Shown here: piece after piece, positions 24,788 to 38,800 of the stretch | Layout of the letters: each line of letters begins with the position of its first letter | Position numbering within the stretch: the stretch's first letter is position 1 | NCBI GenBank assembly: GCA_016748015.1 | Contig: JAAOMT010000303.1 | Span: forward strand, 186,001-250,000 | Source of the DNA: Geosiphon pyriformis uo1 | Taxonomy: Eukaryota; Fungi; Glomeromycota | Length of the DNA stretch: 64,000 nucleotides | Direction of reading: 5' to 3' | Program-made: the position numbers and the translations under genes | The notes under the pieces: model-generated | What the model was told of the DNA's origin: nothing | The model's database searches: none | Seen by the model: only the letters and a program-made list of their open reading frames with translations

Positions 24788-27260
24788 ACATAACAACTTA
24801 TGAACCAATTAAATCGCCAAGTTAATTGTACTATCAGCACCAAAATCATAACAGCCAATAAAGTGACCAAAACTCCAATTGGTGAAATTAATAATCTCTC
24901 CATAGAAATCAATGACATCATTGTACCAATTAAGGTATTAATCATAAAAGCCACTTAGTACCAAGCACTCATTGGTAACAACTGGTTGTCTAAAAGCAAT
25001 GCAACATTTGATTAAAACATACAAGAGCTCCAACTTAGCCAGAATGATCAATACACATGTGTAGCCACTTTAAACTTATCATTATGCTATTAGCATTTCT
25101 TATTGAGTTTGACAATAAAGAAAAAAAACTTATTTGAAAAGCCTATCAAATTTTTTGGGCTGATAACAATTACAATGAGCTACTATTGATTTTAGACTGG
25201 AAAGAAAAAAACAAAAAAAAAGGGAAAAAAAAGGAAGAAAACATATCTGAAAAGATCAATGACACCACAGAAACTAGCAGTTGGAAAAGTTTATACTCCA
25301 AAAATACCAGGCCAGAACTACCTTATATTCCCCTTAAGTGCAAAGACTACAAAAAAAACTGTCTTTCATGAAAGCTTGAGTCATACCAGACAAAAATTAC
25401 TGGATGCAAACCCATTACTACTGCAAATCATGTTACTGCAAATGCTATAGTTACCCTAAAAAACAAGACAAGTAAAACAATGAACTATGTCTCACTTGTG
25501 GCAAACAACTATTGGACAAAGGAATATAGAACAACATTCCTGGTCGAAGAAAAACATGCAATACTTTATGCCAGTATATGATCCTTATAAGTGATTGGGT
25601 CAGTCATGGCATTCCTATTATTGCAGCCTAACACTGAGCAATAACTTGCTTAGACGGTTACCCACATGATGAAGACAAGATCTGGCAAATGGCAAATGCC
25701 AAAACAGATCCAAAAGAATTCCATAAGCACTACTAGAACTTAGCACCCACCAGAGAAGAACAAAAGCAATGTTTAGAAGAAATAAACACCCAACTATGTA
25801 ATCATTGTTTGATCTCATGTGACTTCTAATATTGTAATAAGTGTGACCTTATTTACAATTCACTACCACACATAATCTACACAATTTCAGAGGAAGACAA
25901 ATCAATCAACAGCTGTGTATTAGAATCAGAATCACTGTTCAATTCTGATTTAAACTTTGACAACAACAACAATGAAAGCAATAATTCCAGCTCTGTTTAA
26001 AATGGCAATAAAAATAACAATGATTTAAACTCTAATTCAAACCCCAAACAATACATTATGCTTCTTGACCTTACCAAGGAGCAGAAACTAAGATAGTTCA
26101 GCAATAATAATAAAAGTATTATGTCAAAACATACACATGATACCAATGCAGAGTTTGATCTGAGATATTCTGGAAAAGATGCCATCAAATTGGAACCACA
26201 TTTATACACCTGCATTGATTTCAAAGTAGCACTGGAAATTTTGGCAACAACAATGGTACAATTAGCATCTAAAAGTAGTTTAGCAAAAAAAGGAATCAAC
26301 ATCAGAGGGAGAATAATTGATGCAGAATATGTGAAAAATATTATTGTTATGCTACAAAATGACTCAGAAAAAGCCTATATCATAGAGCCAAATGAAAAGA
26401 TAGCATAGGCAATATTCCTGCTTCTGGTTAAAATAGCTCAATTAGTATTAATGAGAAACAGGAAAAAATTAGAGATGACAGCTAGAAGAATACAGAAATT
26501 CAAATTCACAGATAGAATAGATATACCAGTTAATATGGCAAAAGAAAAAGTTATTAACAAGAAAGAAATTATCTTCACCCATTAATCAATTTCTATTCCA
26601 TTATATAATCAGTACATGTTAGCCATAAAAAGAAAGGTAAAGAATCAGGTTCAAAATTTTAAAACAGAAGTTACACTTTGTGAATCAGAAAAGATTGAAC
26701 TAGTCAATCTACACATACCAGTCAAAAACCATAGTCACATTAAAATTCTTATTTATAACAACACAGAAGACATTATTGAGATACTGGAAAGAACTACCAT
26801 TGGATATTTAACCACTAAAATTGAAAACCAACCACCAAACTCTATTCTAGACTTTTCACAACTGTGTGAATATGTTGACATAATATCATAAACAATTTAC
26901 AGACAGAATAAATGTTATTTGCTTCAACCAGAACAATTGGAACAAATAAATCTGGGAAATTTAGACTCACTTTAGCATATACAACTCAAAATATTACTTA
27001 ACAACTTTACTGACATTTTTGCAAATAAAAATAAATTTGGCAAAACTGACATAATTTAGCATTAGATCAAGACTGGAAATGCAATGTCAATTAAACAAAG
27101 AGTGTACTAAATACCACTAGCTAGTCATAAGATCATTCATCAAGAGATCAATCAGATATTAGACAATAGGTTAATTCAATTATCAATGAGCCCATGATTG
27201 TTATCAGTAGTACTAGTCCATAAAAAGAATAGAAAAATTCACTTTTGTATAGATTACTGG

Positions 27261-30200
27261 TGTTACTCATAAAAAAAAACAAATATAGAAAATAGTAGAC
27301 CAATAAGGAAGTAGTAGTTAGCATGTAAGCACATTGTTCAACAATATAGAGCAATGTTAAAAATTATAGCACATTGCTCAAAAAATCATAGCACACTGTT
27401 TGAGTATGTGAGTGATCTTATAGAACATAAATTAGGTATATATAGTAGTAGTATTAGAAGAAAAAAAAACAGACCTCTCAGTTTAGATTTGATCTAAGCA
27501 ACCTTTCACATCACAAATATTAATAAATAACTATTCACTATCTCAAAATCACTTTGCTATTAACACTTTATATTAATAGTAATTGATACTTAACCACACT
27601 GGAACAATAGCTTTTGATTATGGCTATTAATAGGATACTAACATTTATTGTCTTGGCTCATTTCTTTATTTTCTTTTATTTTTTTTTTGTTTTGTTATTT
27701 TTGGTTGTATACTAATTGATTAAAAGAATAAAGCACTGAATTACTGATGTCAAGAATAGTCTGATAAAAGACCCCAAAAGAAGAGTATAATATTGAGAAT
27801 TTAAGGATGGCTTACCAGAAGAGCATCTTTGTCAGATTACTAACCACCATGCTGAGAAAAAAATTTGATGGAATTGCAATTCCAAGAGACTACTGAAAAG
27901 ACAACAATTGAATTTCTGTTCATTATACAAAAGACTCAACCAACAAAAACCTTCAGATATAAACAATCTTCAGAAACCAACACTATTAAACCAATTGAGC
28001 ACCAAATTACGGATTTGTTATTTGCTTTGAGAGCCCAAATAATCATCTGTAACATTTGGTGCTTTCTGTGAAGTATAATCTTACAGAAAACCAGCACCAA
28101 CAGCAATCATCCAAAAATGGCAGAATCAGAAATAATAGGAACAAACTATTTAAAATTTGCTAAATCCTTATTTCAACAGTACAGCCAACAATTGGGCTTA
28201 ACCAACAATTATTATCCAGCAGAATCAGCTTTCAACTTCTATGTCAACAAAAAAATCACAGATTTTCTGGAAAGACCAATTGACATTGAATTAGCAAGAG
28301 AAAATTTTTATATGGAATTAATCCAACACACCAGCTTACCATGAAATTACAGTTTCACATCAATCATTAGAAAAATCAATTAAGAAATTGAAAGATAAAC
28401 TCAACAACAATTCCCTATTACTTATGCAGATAAAGGTAAAGGAAAGTTACAAACACTAGCAGCAACTTCAAAAAGAATACAATTACCCATGTAGAAGAAA
28501 CAAAGAATTGAATCTTTACTATATCCATTATACTATTATATACCCAGAAGTACCATTAATATTACATTAGCAGACATGTCTACATCAAATGTGATCTCAA
28601 CATTTGGATGACTTCTATTCCAAAGTAAACAAAAAAAAGCAGAGTTATTGGGAACATATAGCAATTACTTTGAAGAATTCAAATTGCAATTGCTAATACC
28701 ATCAGAATTCTGATCACTACCATCTTTACCAGATTTTGGAACCACAAGTTTTTGGGAGATAACAGCATCAGAAGAAAAGGAAGAAGAGGATCAAGAATTT
28801 AATTATCAAAATCTGATTGTAGAAAATCCGAAAGTTGAAACTCCAAATATTCAAACCCAGTAAACTCAGAACAATCCAAACTCTGAGTTAATTAATTAGC
28901 AAAACTTACCTCCAGAAATTGTCATTAATTAACAACCAATTGATCCAATTGCTGAACAACTTCAACAGCCATCAATACTATCTCAGCAATTATTACTTCA
29001 ACCATCACAACAACCAAACTTGGATCTAATGGCCTACACTCCAATAGCAAAACTCAAAAAATTCATGGATAAGGAAGACAATGTCCAAGTGTAACTGAAC
29101 AATGTGGAAAAAGCCATTGCAGCCAATGGATGAAATAATGCACAAGCCATACAAGCCATTCCATATTTCCTTCAGGATATTACCAACTTGTGGTATCAGA
29201 GCTTGGTTAACAAACCTCAAGATTTTAATACATTCAAACTTGTGTTTTTGCAATATTTCAGTAATAATAATAGCATTAACCGATTAGCCAACTCTTTTAC
29301 CACTATCAAGCAAGGAGAAAATGAAGCAGTTACTACTTACTTGGGATGCTTCCACAGAAATCTGTGCTAAATTCAGGCCATACAAGCTAATTATTTCACA
29401 GTGTTACATATTCTAAACCAATTCATTAAAGGCCTGTACAGTAGCATCCTCCAACATGTATGCCCATTGCACTCAACAGATCTTTAAGCTGCCATTACAA
29501 ATACCAGAGATTTTGAAGCAGCTGAACTTAAAGCTAATCATGCCCAAGCTGTAAATCTAATAATAAACAGATTATCTGACTTGAATTCTAAACTAAAGCA
29601 ATTCAGTAAATCCATTAATCAGAAATTAAAGAGATACTTAGCTAACAACTATCAGGCAATTTATCAACCTTTTCAATAATGCAATAATTAAGAAAACTTC
29701 AATTACATCCAAAATTAATTGCATTCAGCATTGTTAACCAATCAACAGTGATAACTGAAAATATGTGTTTGTCACTATTGTGGTAAACAAGAACATTTGC
29801 AGTTTGAATGTCACAAAAAGATAAACAACCAATGATCAAAAAATCAATATTGAAACCCCAATTGCCAGTTTACAACTTTGAGTTACCAACTAAACCCAGA
29901 ATCATATTATCAAAATTACATGCCACTAACACAGCAACTAATATATCGACCATCAGTATATTAAGCCCCAATTTATCAACTGACAAATCCCATCATTTAT
30001 CAATTACCACAGCCCCAAATAATCTATCAGGCTCTAGCAATCTCAACACTGCCACTAAACTCAGCTCAGATGACATTAGGGAATTCCAGATCAAGAGTTA
30101 CCCAAAACTAGAGATTGGCAATGGTTGTCCACCAACCAATCCCCAGTTTTTCAACCAACTATCAGAATCACAACAGTAGAATTCAGGAACTGGATCCACT

Positions 30201-33200
30201 TAAAACCCAAATTCCCAACACTATTTAAGTCTCCTGGTTATCCCAGAAGATGTCTTATCCAATAACCAGAAAACTAATTACAAACAAATATTTACCAACA
30301 ATATTCTACCAGCCATTATTATGGAAAACAAGTTACTCGCAGCTATATTTCCCTTTGAAATCAAAGAACCATTAGAAATCCTTTTATTCAGTAAAGCCAC
30401 ACTCAAAAAAAAACCCATCACTGTAATATATACCAATACCAAAATTGATGGCTGCACTATCAAACTAATCTTAAATAATAGATCAACTGGCAGCATTATT
30501 ACAAAACAACTTATGCACCAATTAGGTCATCAAGTTGATCAAACTGCCAGTGCAAGGATAATTACAACTAATAAAGTGACCAAAACTTCAATTGGTGAAA
30601 TAAATAAATTATCCATTAAAATCAACAGCATTGTAATACCCATCAAAGTTCTTATGATGAAAGCAACTCAGTACTAGGCTCTTGTTAAAAACAACTGGCT
30701 ATCCAAAACCAATGCTGTGCTTAACTGGAACACCCAAAAACTGCAGCTTAACCAAGATGGCCACCACACACATGTGCCAGCCATGTATGGTTATTTCAAG
30801 ACCACTACCAATAACAAGCCACTTATTGAATTAGAAGAAGAAGAAAGAAAATTTACCTGGGAAGCTTACCAAGTTTCTTGGGCCAACATTAATCACAACG
30901 AGTTACTATCAATACTTTCTTGAAACAACAAAGAGAAAAGAAAGAAAGAGGATACACCAGAAGAAGACACCACTACAGAGAAAATAACTAGTGGTTGGGA
31001 AAGAGAGTACTTATGTGAGCCAATAAAAGAGCTGCTCTATATACTTTTCAAATGCAAGAACTGTAAAAAGAAACTTTTCTCTATAAGAGCTTGGATAGCA
31101 CCTAACGAAGACTATTGGACAAAAACCCACTATTATTGTAAGCCATGCCATAGGAAACGCTATGGCTATCCAAAAAAACAAGAAAAGTAAAACAATGAAC
31201 CAAGTCTTGCTTGCAGTGAATGATTACTCAACAAAAGAATGTAAAATAACATTCTTGGTCAAGGAAGAATATGTGACACTTTATGTCAATACATGATCTT
31301 CATAAGTGATTGGGTAAGTCGTAGAACACCTATAATGGCTGCCTAGCACCAAGCAATCTCTTGCTTATATGGTTACCCACATGACAAGGACAAGATCTGG
31401 CAAATGGCAAATGCCAAAATCAAAGGAGCTATGCCTAGTGAAATTTTGGAAATTAAAAATAATTCTCCAGAACCAGTCAACATTGTCCTTATTCCAAATC
31501 CAGATGCTTTTCTCAACATAGAGACAGGCCCAGAGAAGTTTCATGAGCACTATCAAAATTTGGCACCAACAAAAAAAGAGCAGGAACAATGTTTGAAAAA
31601 AATAAACACCCAATTATGTGACTACTGTTTGATTCTATGTGATTTTCAATATTGTAATAAGTGTAACCTTATTTACAATTCACCACCATGTATGATCTAC
31701 ACAATTCCAGAAGAAAAAAACCCAATTAGCAGTTGTACATTAGAATCGGAATCAACTTTCAATCCTGATTTAAACTCCAACAATGATGATAATAAAAACA
31801 ACAGTTCCAGTTTCATTCAAATTGACAATGACAACAATGATAATTCAGACTTAGATTTAAAACCCAAACAATACATCATGCTTCCTGATCTTACCAAGGA
31901 GCAAGAACTGAAATGGTTCAATGATAATAATAAAAGTATTATGCCAGAATGCACACATAATACCAATGTCAGATTTGATCTAATATATTCAGAAAAAAAT
32001 GCTATCAAATTGGAACCACATTTATGTACCTGTATTGATCTCAAAGTAGCACTAGAAATTCCAACAACAACAATGATTTAACTAGCATTTAAAAGTAGCT
32101 TAGCAAAAAAGAGAATCAACATCAGAAGAGGAATAATTGACACAGAATATATGGAAAATATTATTGTAATACTACAAAATAACTCAGAAAAAGCCTATAT
32201 TATAGAACCAAACAAAAAGATAGCACAGACAATATTTCTGCCTCTGGTTAAAATAGCTCAATTAGTATCAGTGGGAAACAGGAAAAAATTAGGGATTATA
32301 GCTAAAAAGATTCAGGGATTTGGATTAACAGGTAGAATAGATGTACCAGTCAATATGGCAGAGAAAAAAATTGTTGACAAGGGAGAAATTATCTCCATCT
32401 GTCAATCAATTTCTATTGTACCATATGACCAGTACATAATAACCATAAAGAGAAAGGTAAAGGATCAGGTACAGATTTTTGAGGCAGAAGCAACACTTTG
32501 TGAATCAGAAAAGATTGGATTAGTCAATCTACACATACCAGCCAAGAACTATAAGCACATCAAGATTTCTATTTACAACAACATAGAAGATACCATTAAA
32601 ATACCAAAAAGAACCACTATTGGGTACTTGACCACTGAAGTTGAGAACCAACTATCCAACACCATTTTAGACTTTTCACAACTGTGCAGATATGTAGATA
32701 TTACATCTCAAACAATATATAGACAAAAAGAATGTTATCTGCTTCAATCAGAACAATTGAAACAAATGAACTTGAGAAATTTAGATCTACTACAATGTAT
32801 GCAGTTTAAGATATTACTCAATAATTTCAACAATATTTTTGTCAGTAAAAACAAATTTGGCAGAACAGACATAATTCAGCATCAGATCAAAACTGGAAAA
32901 ACAATGCCGATCAAACAAAAAACATACCGAATATTACCAGCCAGCCATAAAATTATTCATCAAAAAATCAATCAGATGCTTGACAACAGGCCAATTCAGC
33001 CATCAATGAGCTCATAGTCATCATTAGTGGTATTAGTCTGGAAAAAAAATGGGAAAATCCACTTTTGTGTAGATTACCAGAAACTAAATAAAGTAACTAA
33101 AGAAAATAGCTACCCAACACCAAAGATCCAAAAGCTGTTCAACACTTTTAAAGGAAAAAAATGGTTCTCAACTTTAGATTTAGACAGTGATTACTGGCAA

Positions 33201-33557
33201 GTAGTTATAAAACCAGAAGACAAAAAAAAAACAGCTTTTACAACACAAGAAGAAAATTTTGAATTTAAGGTTATGCCATTTGGCTTGATAAATGCTCCAG
33301 CCACTTTTCAATGACTTATAGAAATTGTTTATACTGGGCTACTATAAAAATCAGTAGTCATATACTTGGATAATACCAATGTGTTCTCAAAAACATTTAA
33401 TAATCATCTACATCATCTTCAACAAGTATTTGAAAAACTCAGATGAGCAAGATTGAAATTAAATGCAAACAAATGCTTCTTTGACAAAACAGAATTAAAA
33501 TTCTTGGGACATGTCATAAGCAAAGATGGAATCAAAATAGATCCAGACAAAATTGAA
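27261..33557 (+). mobile_element. Ty3/gypsy element A3 (5' LTR through RT), inserted in A2 RT and 3'-truncated by a deletion
   Basis: LTR 27261-28054 and PBS tggtgctttctgtgaag from 28057. Gag from 28117; knuckle CHYCGKQEHLQFEC ~29770-29812; protease ~30460; Cys-rich region 31030-31680; dUTPase ~31910-32335. RT runs 33027-33557 (IYLDNT ~33360), then joins abruptly to the A2 3' LTR. Confidence 0.88.
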
Positions 33558-34775
33558 GAAGACAAAAATTGGGAAAATAACTTGAGGAATTAACCAAAAC
33601 CTTCAGATTTATAACATCTTCAGAAATTAATATTGTTATATTATCAATTGAGCACCAAGTTACAGATTTGTTATTTGCTTTGAGACCCCAAATAATTATC
33701 TGTAACAGTATTGTTTTTTTTGCCTGTAAACTTTTCGAGTTTTGCTATTGGGGTGTAGACCATTAGATCCAAGTTTGGTTGTTGTTGTTGTTGTTGTTGT
33801 TGGGTGGTAACTGAATTTGAAGTTGTGGTGGTGGTGGTAGTAGTTGTTGTTGTGCGGCAACTAGTGGTGGGTTGATAACAATTGCTGGAAGTAAGTATTG
33901 TTAATTATTAATGTTGGGGTTTGGATTGTTTTTGTTTTGCTGATTATTGGGGTTGGGTTTGTTCTGATTTTCCTGAGTTTGAATATTCGGGATTTCAACT
34001 TTTGGTTTTTCTACAATTAAATTCTGGTAATTAAATTCCTGATTGTTGTCTTTTTTTTCTTCCAATTTGGTTATCTTCCAGGGACTTGCAGTTCCAAAAT
34101 CTGGTTGAGGTGGTGGTGATCAAAATCCTGATAATATTGGGAATAATAATTTGAATCCTTCAAAGTAATTGCTGTAAGTTCTCAATAATTCTGCTTTTTT
34201 TTGTTTACTTTGAAATGGAAGTCATCCAAATGTTGATGTTATGTTTGATGTGGATGCGTCTGCTAATGTGATATTAATAGTATTTTTGTGTATATAATAA
34301 TATGATGAATATAGTGGAGATTCAATTTTTTGTTTTTTCCATGTTGGTAATTGTATTCCTTTTGGAGTTGCTATTGGTGTTTATAACTTTCTTTTACCCT
34401 TATCTGCATAAGTAATAAGAAATTGTTGTTGAGTGTATCTTTCAATTTCTTGATTAATTTCTCTGATAATTGCAAAACTGTGATTTCATAATAAGCTGGT
34501 GTGTTGAATTAATTCTGTATAGAAATTTTCTCTTGCTGATTCAATGTCAACTGGTCTCCCCAGAAAATTTGTGATTCTTTTGTTAATGTAAAAGTTGAAG
34601 GCTAATTCTGCTAAATAATAATTGTTGGTTAAGCCCAATTGTTAACTATACTGTTGAAATAAGAATTTAGCAAATCCTAAATGGTTTGTTCCTATTATTT
34701 CTGATTCTGCCACTTTTGGATTATTGTTGTTGGTATTGGTTTTTTGTAAAATTATACTTCACAAGGAGCACCAAA

Positions 34776-35652
34776 TATTACAGATGATTATTTGGAGTCT
34801 TAAAGCAAATAACAAACTCATAATTTGGTGCTTAATAACTTAAAATAGTTGGTAATATTTGAAAGTTGTTCATATCTGAAAGTCTTTGAAATCTGAAGAT
34901 TTGGGTTAGAGTTTTTTGTATAATAAACAAAGATTCACTATGGTTGGTTTTGGTTGATTTCTCAAGTCATTTTCTCAATTTCTGTTTTTAGCATAGTAGC
35001 TGGTTTAATCTGGCAGTTATGTCCTTTTGGTAAGCTATTTGTTAATATATTTATAATTCTACCTTTATTTCTGGGTCTTTTACCAGGCTATCCATGATGT
35101 TAATACTCAGCACTTTAATTTTTTAATTAATTAGTACAGCACACACAAAACAAAAGAAAGAAAAATAAAAAAAAAATAAAAAAGTTAAGTCAAAACAATT
35201 AAGTTAGTATCCTGTTAATAGCCATGATCAAGAGCTATTGTTCCAGTGTGGTCAAATATTAATTACTATTAACATAAAGTGTTGATAATGGGGAATGGAT
35301 TAAGATAGTGAATAATTATTTATTAATATTTGTGAATAAAAAGATTGCTTAGATCAAATCTAAACTGAGAAATCTGTTTTTTTACTTCTAATAATACCAC
35401 TATATATACATAATTGAAATTCCTCAATTTCTCAATTCTTCACACTAAAAATCCTGGAATTTTTGGAATTTTGCAATTTCTTTGAGAGAAATCCTGGAAT
35501 TTTAAAATCTTACAATTCCTCATATAAGAATCTTGAAATTTTTGGAATTCTGCAATTTCTTTAAGAGGAATTCTGGAATTTCACATTTACTATGGCTACT
35601 TCTAATTGGCTAATTTATATGTTAATATATTTTCTATATTCTACAAGTAACA
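34776..35652 (-). repeat. 5' LTR of A1 (877 bp)
   Basis: Same subfamily as 3451-4294; next to PBS tggtgctccttgtgaag. Confidence 0.88.
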
Positions 35653-35892
35653 TTAGTGTTATTAGTCTCTGAAGATTTGTTTGATTGTTATGAATTTACT
35701 TATGGAGTTCTTTGGTTATAAGACACAGAGATTTGGTTTTCATTAATTGCAACTTCTTTAAAAATGTGAGCTATCTTCTTCAAGCTAACAAGCACAGTCA
35801 TTAAAGTTTGGCATTGTCTTTTCATCTTTCTGGTAAGCTAACAAGATAATATTAATATTCAAAACTTAGGAGGAGTCTCCCTCTTTTACCAG

Positions 35893-38800
35893 TGTTACAG
35901 ATAATTATTTGGGATCTCAAATCAAATAACAAAACTCATAACTTGATGCTCAGAAGCTATTCACAATAATGGTGATCTGAAGGTATTGTTATCTAAAGGT
36001 TTTGGTTGAGTCTTTTGTATAATGAACAGAGATTCAATAGTTGTTTATCCATAGCTTCCCAGAATTGCAATTTTGTCAATTTTTTTTTCAGCTTGATGGC
36101 CAGTACTTCTTTGGTAAGTAATCCGTAATTTCTTTATGTGCTCTATCCACTCAAAGGAGTCTTTTACCAGACAATCTTTGAAATCAATAATTCAGTGCTT
36201 AATCTTTAATCAATTAGTAAACAACAAAAAGAAATAACAAAAGAAAATAAAAGAAAATAAAGAAAATAAACAAATAAGCCAAGGCAATAAATGTTAGTAT
36301 CCTGTTAATAGCCATAATCAAAAGCTATTGTTCCAGTATGGTTAAGTATCAATTACTATCAATATGAAGTATTGATAGTGGAGAGTAGATTTGAGATAGT
36401 AAATAATTATTTATTTGATATTTGTAATGTAGAAGATTGCTTAAATCAAATCTAAACTGAAAGGTCTGTCTTTTTTTACTTCTAATGTTACCAATATATA
36501 TACATAATTGAAATTCCTTAATTCCTCAATTCTTCACACCAGAAATCCTAGAATTTCTGGAATTCTGCAATTTTTTTGAGAGGAATTCTGAAATTCTGGA
36601 ATTCTGTAATTTCTTGTACAAAAATCTTAAAATTCCTGGAATCCTGCAATTTCTTTAAGAGGAATCCTGGAATTTCACATTTACTATGGCTACTTTTGAT
36701 TGGCTAATTTATATGCTAATATACTTCCTATATTCTATAAGTAATATTATTCTATTTTCTTTAATATTGAGCTCTATCAAGATTTTTTAATTCTAATTCT
36801 CCGTCTTTGAGTATTTCTTGAACTTTTTTTTCAAGAATTACTTGTGCTATCTTGTTCTGTAATTCTTTAAATTGAGCATTGGTTATTTTTTCCATTTGGT
36901 TAATGGTAATGGAGTTCATTTCTGAATTGAGTAAGCTTTTTGGTTAATCTTGAAATCTGGTGTATAGCCAATAAATGGCTCTTGCTTGTGTGGTCAAATT
37001 GTTCTTCTCCACAAATTGTTCCAGTTGTTGCAGTATTGTTGTGTCAAATAATTATTTTGTTTTATCCATATACAAGCCCTAAATATTCAAGTGTTGTCCC
37101 AAATAAAAGTAACAAAAGTTTCTTGGAAATTGTTGTATCCACCAATTCCAAGTTTTTATAATCAATTCTTGATATTGGGTGCCTTTTGGTTGTGTTTTTA
37201 TTGCCAATTTTACTTTTGTGATTATTTTGTTCACAGTGTTTTCTGTTTTTTTCTGTATTTTATCTTATGGTCTTTTTCTGGTGTTTGTGTATCTGATAGT
37301 TTGTTGGTTGATTGTAATTTCCATCTCTTGTTGTTGGATCAGTTGAAAAAATTGTTGTGTTAGTGAGTGAATGCCATCAGTAATCTTTATTTTTCTGCTG
37401 TCTTTTGTCACATATACTGTGTTTTTATATACTTTTTTGGTTGTTCAATTTTATGTGTGTTGGTTCAATGATTATAATTGGTTCTAGATCTCATGAAATT
37501 TCATCTGATTTGACTAATATTTTCTGTATTCCTAATTGTAGAATATTACTGGTAGATAATGATGTTATATGGTGATATTGTTTCAGTTGATTCCCATGTG
37601 CTGCTTTGGTTAAGATTTTGTTGTTCAATCTTAATTTATAAGCTCCATTTCCTAGAATTTTTTCTATGTAAAATGGTTTGTCTTATTTGGGATCAAATTT
37701 TCCATTTTATTGTTTTTCTGCTTTAGTACAATATAGAAGTACTTTGTCTCTAATCTTGAATTCAACTGGTTCTTTTAATAGTTGGTTATCATGTCTTTTT
37801 TTTGTGACTTTTGAATGTTATCAGCTGCTCTTTGTTATGTGTTTTCTAGTGTCTCTATTAAGTCATATGTTCTTTTCAACAATGTTCTTTGAAAATTTTC
37901 TTCTGTTATTGGTTTTGTTGGATATGTTTTGACTTCTATTTCAACTGGTAATGTTGCTGTTCTACTGTATACTAATTTGAATGGTGTTGCTTATATAGTG
38001 TCTTGCTTTATTGTCCAATAAGCAAATAATACTGATGATATAATCAAATCCCATTTGTCCTGGTTTTTTTGGCTGATTTTGGCAATGACTTTACACAATG
38101 TTCTGTTAAATCTTTTAATTAACCCATTTGTTTGTGAATGGTATAGTAATGATAATAGTCTTTTTATCTCAAATCTTTAACTTAATTCTGTTAATGTTCT
38201 ATTCACAAAGTAAGTTCCTTGATTTGATAGTAGTTTTTTTAGACATCTGTATTAACAGATCAAATCTTGATGAATGAATTCAGCAATAAATTTTGCATTT
38301 ACTCTTTAAATGGCTTTTGCTTCTGGCCATTTTGTAAGATAATTCATGGCTACTGTGATATATCTGTTGCTTCTATTGGTTATTGTTAATGGTTTAACCA
38401 AGTCAATTCTAATGTGATCGAATGATTGTCTTACTTTGATTGGTCTCAATAGTTTACTGGATTTTGTTCCTCCTCTTCTCTAACAAGTGTCACAATTTTG
38501 CACATATTGAATGATATCTGGATACATTGATGGCCAATAATATCTTTTCCTGGTTCTTTCTATGGTTGTTTCTTTATGAAAATGTTCTGCTGTTGAATTT
38601 GAGTGTATGTTAAACAATATTGTTTCTTTCTTTGGTTGGTTGATTTGGATTTCTTTTGTTTTTCTGGTAAAGTATATTTTGATAGTTGATAAAATATTTT
38701 GATTGTTGTTTAATATGGCTTTGTTCTTTTGGAAATAATTTCTCTTTAAACTGCCAAGTATTTATATAATGTTTAAGTTGTTGGTATTTTTGTATATTCA

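Larger units (their letters stand above)
11597..33707 (+). mobile_element. Ty3/gypsy element A2 inserted in A1 gag; itself interrupted by B1 and A3 and internally deleted
   Basis: 5' LTR 11597-12363, PBS ~12366-12382, gag 12426-14500. The protease is split at 14805/24792; dUTPase ~26090-26520; RT start runs to 27260. A 3' LTR fragment at ~33558-33707 has the same short U5 variant as the 5' LTR. Flanks ATAT (11593-11596) and GTAT (33708-33711) fit a decayed 4-bp TSD. Confidence 0.85.
3451..35652 (-). mobile_element. Ty3/gypsy LTR retrotransposon A1 (decayed), split by a nested insertion at 11597-33707
   Basis: LTRs at 3451-4294 and 34776-35652; PBS ~34757-34773; PPT ~4297-4310. Gag lies at 33708-34713 and continues from 11596 downward (LEKFTG...|...QMWLNNIEKAI across the gap). 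Protease LILDSES ~10225, dUTPase ~8260-8680, RT VVYLDNT ~7235, RNase H ~6434-6900, integrase ~5010-6373, ORF3 4308-4937. Confidence 0.85.

Noticed and set aside
33777-33850. (GTT)n/(GGT)n microsatellite
   Set aside because: It encodes the poly-Gln/Pro linker of A1 gag on the minus strand and is not an independent feature.
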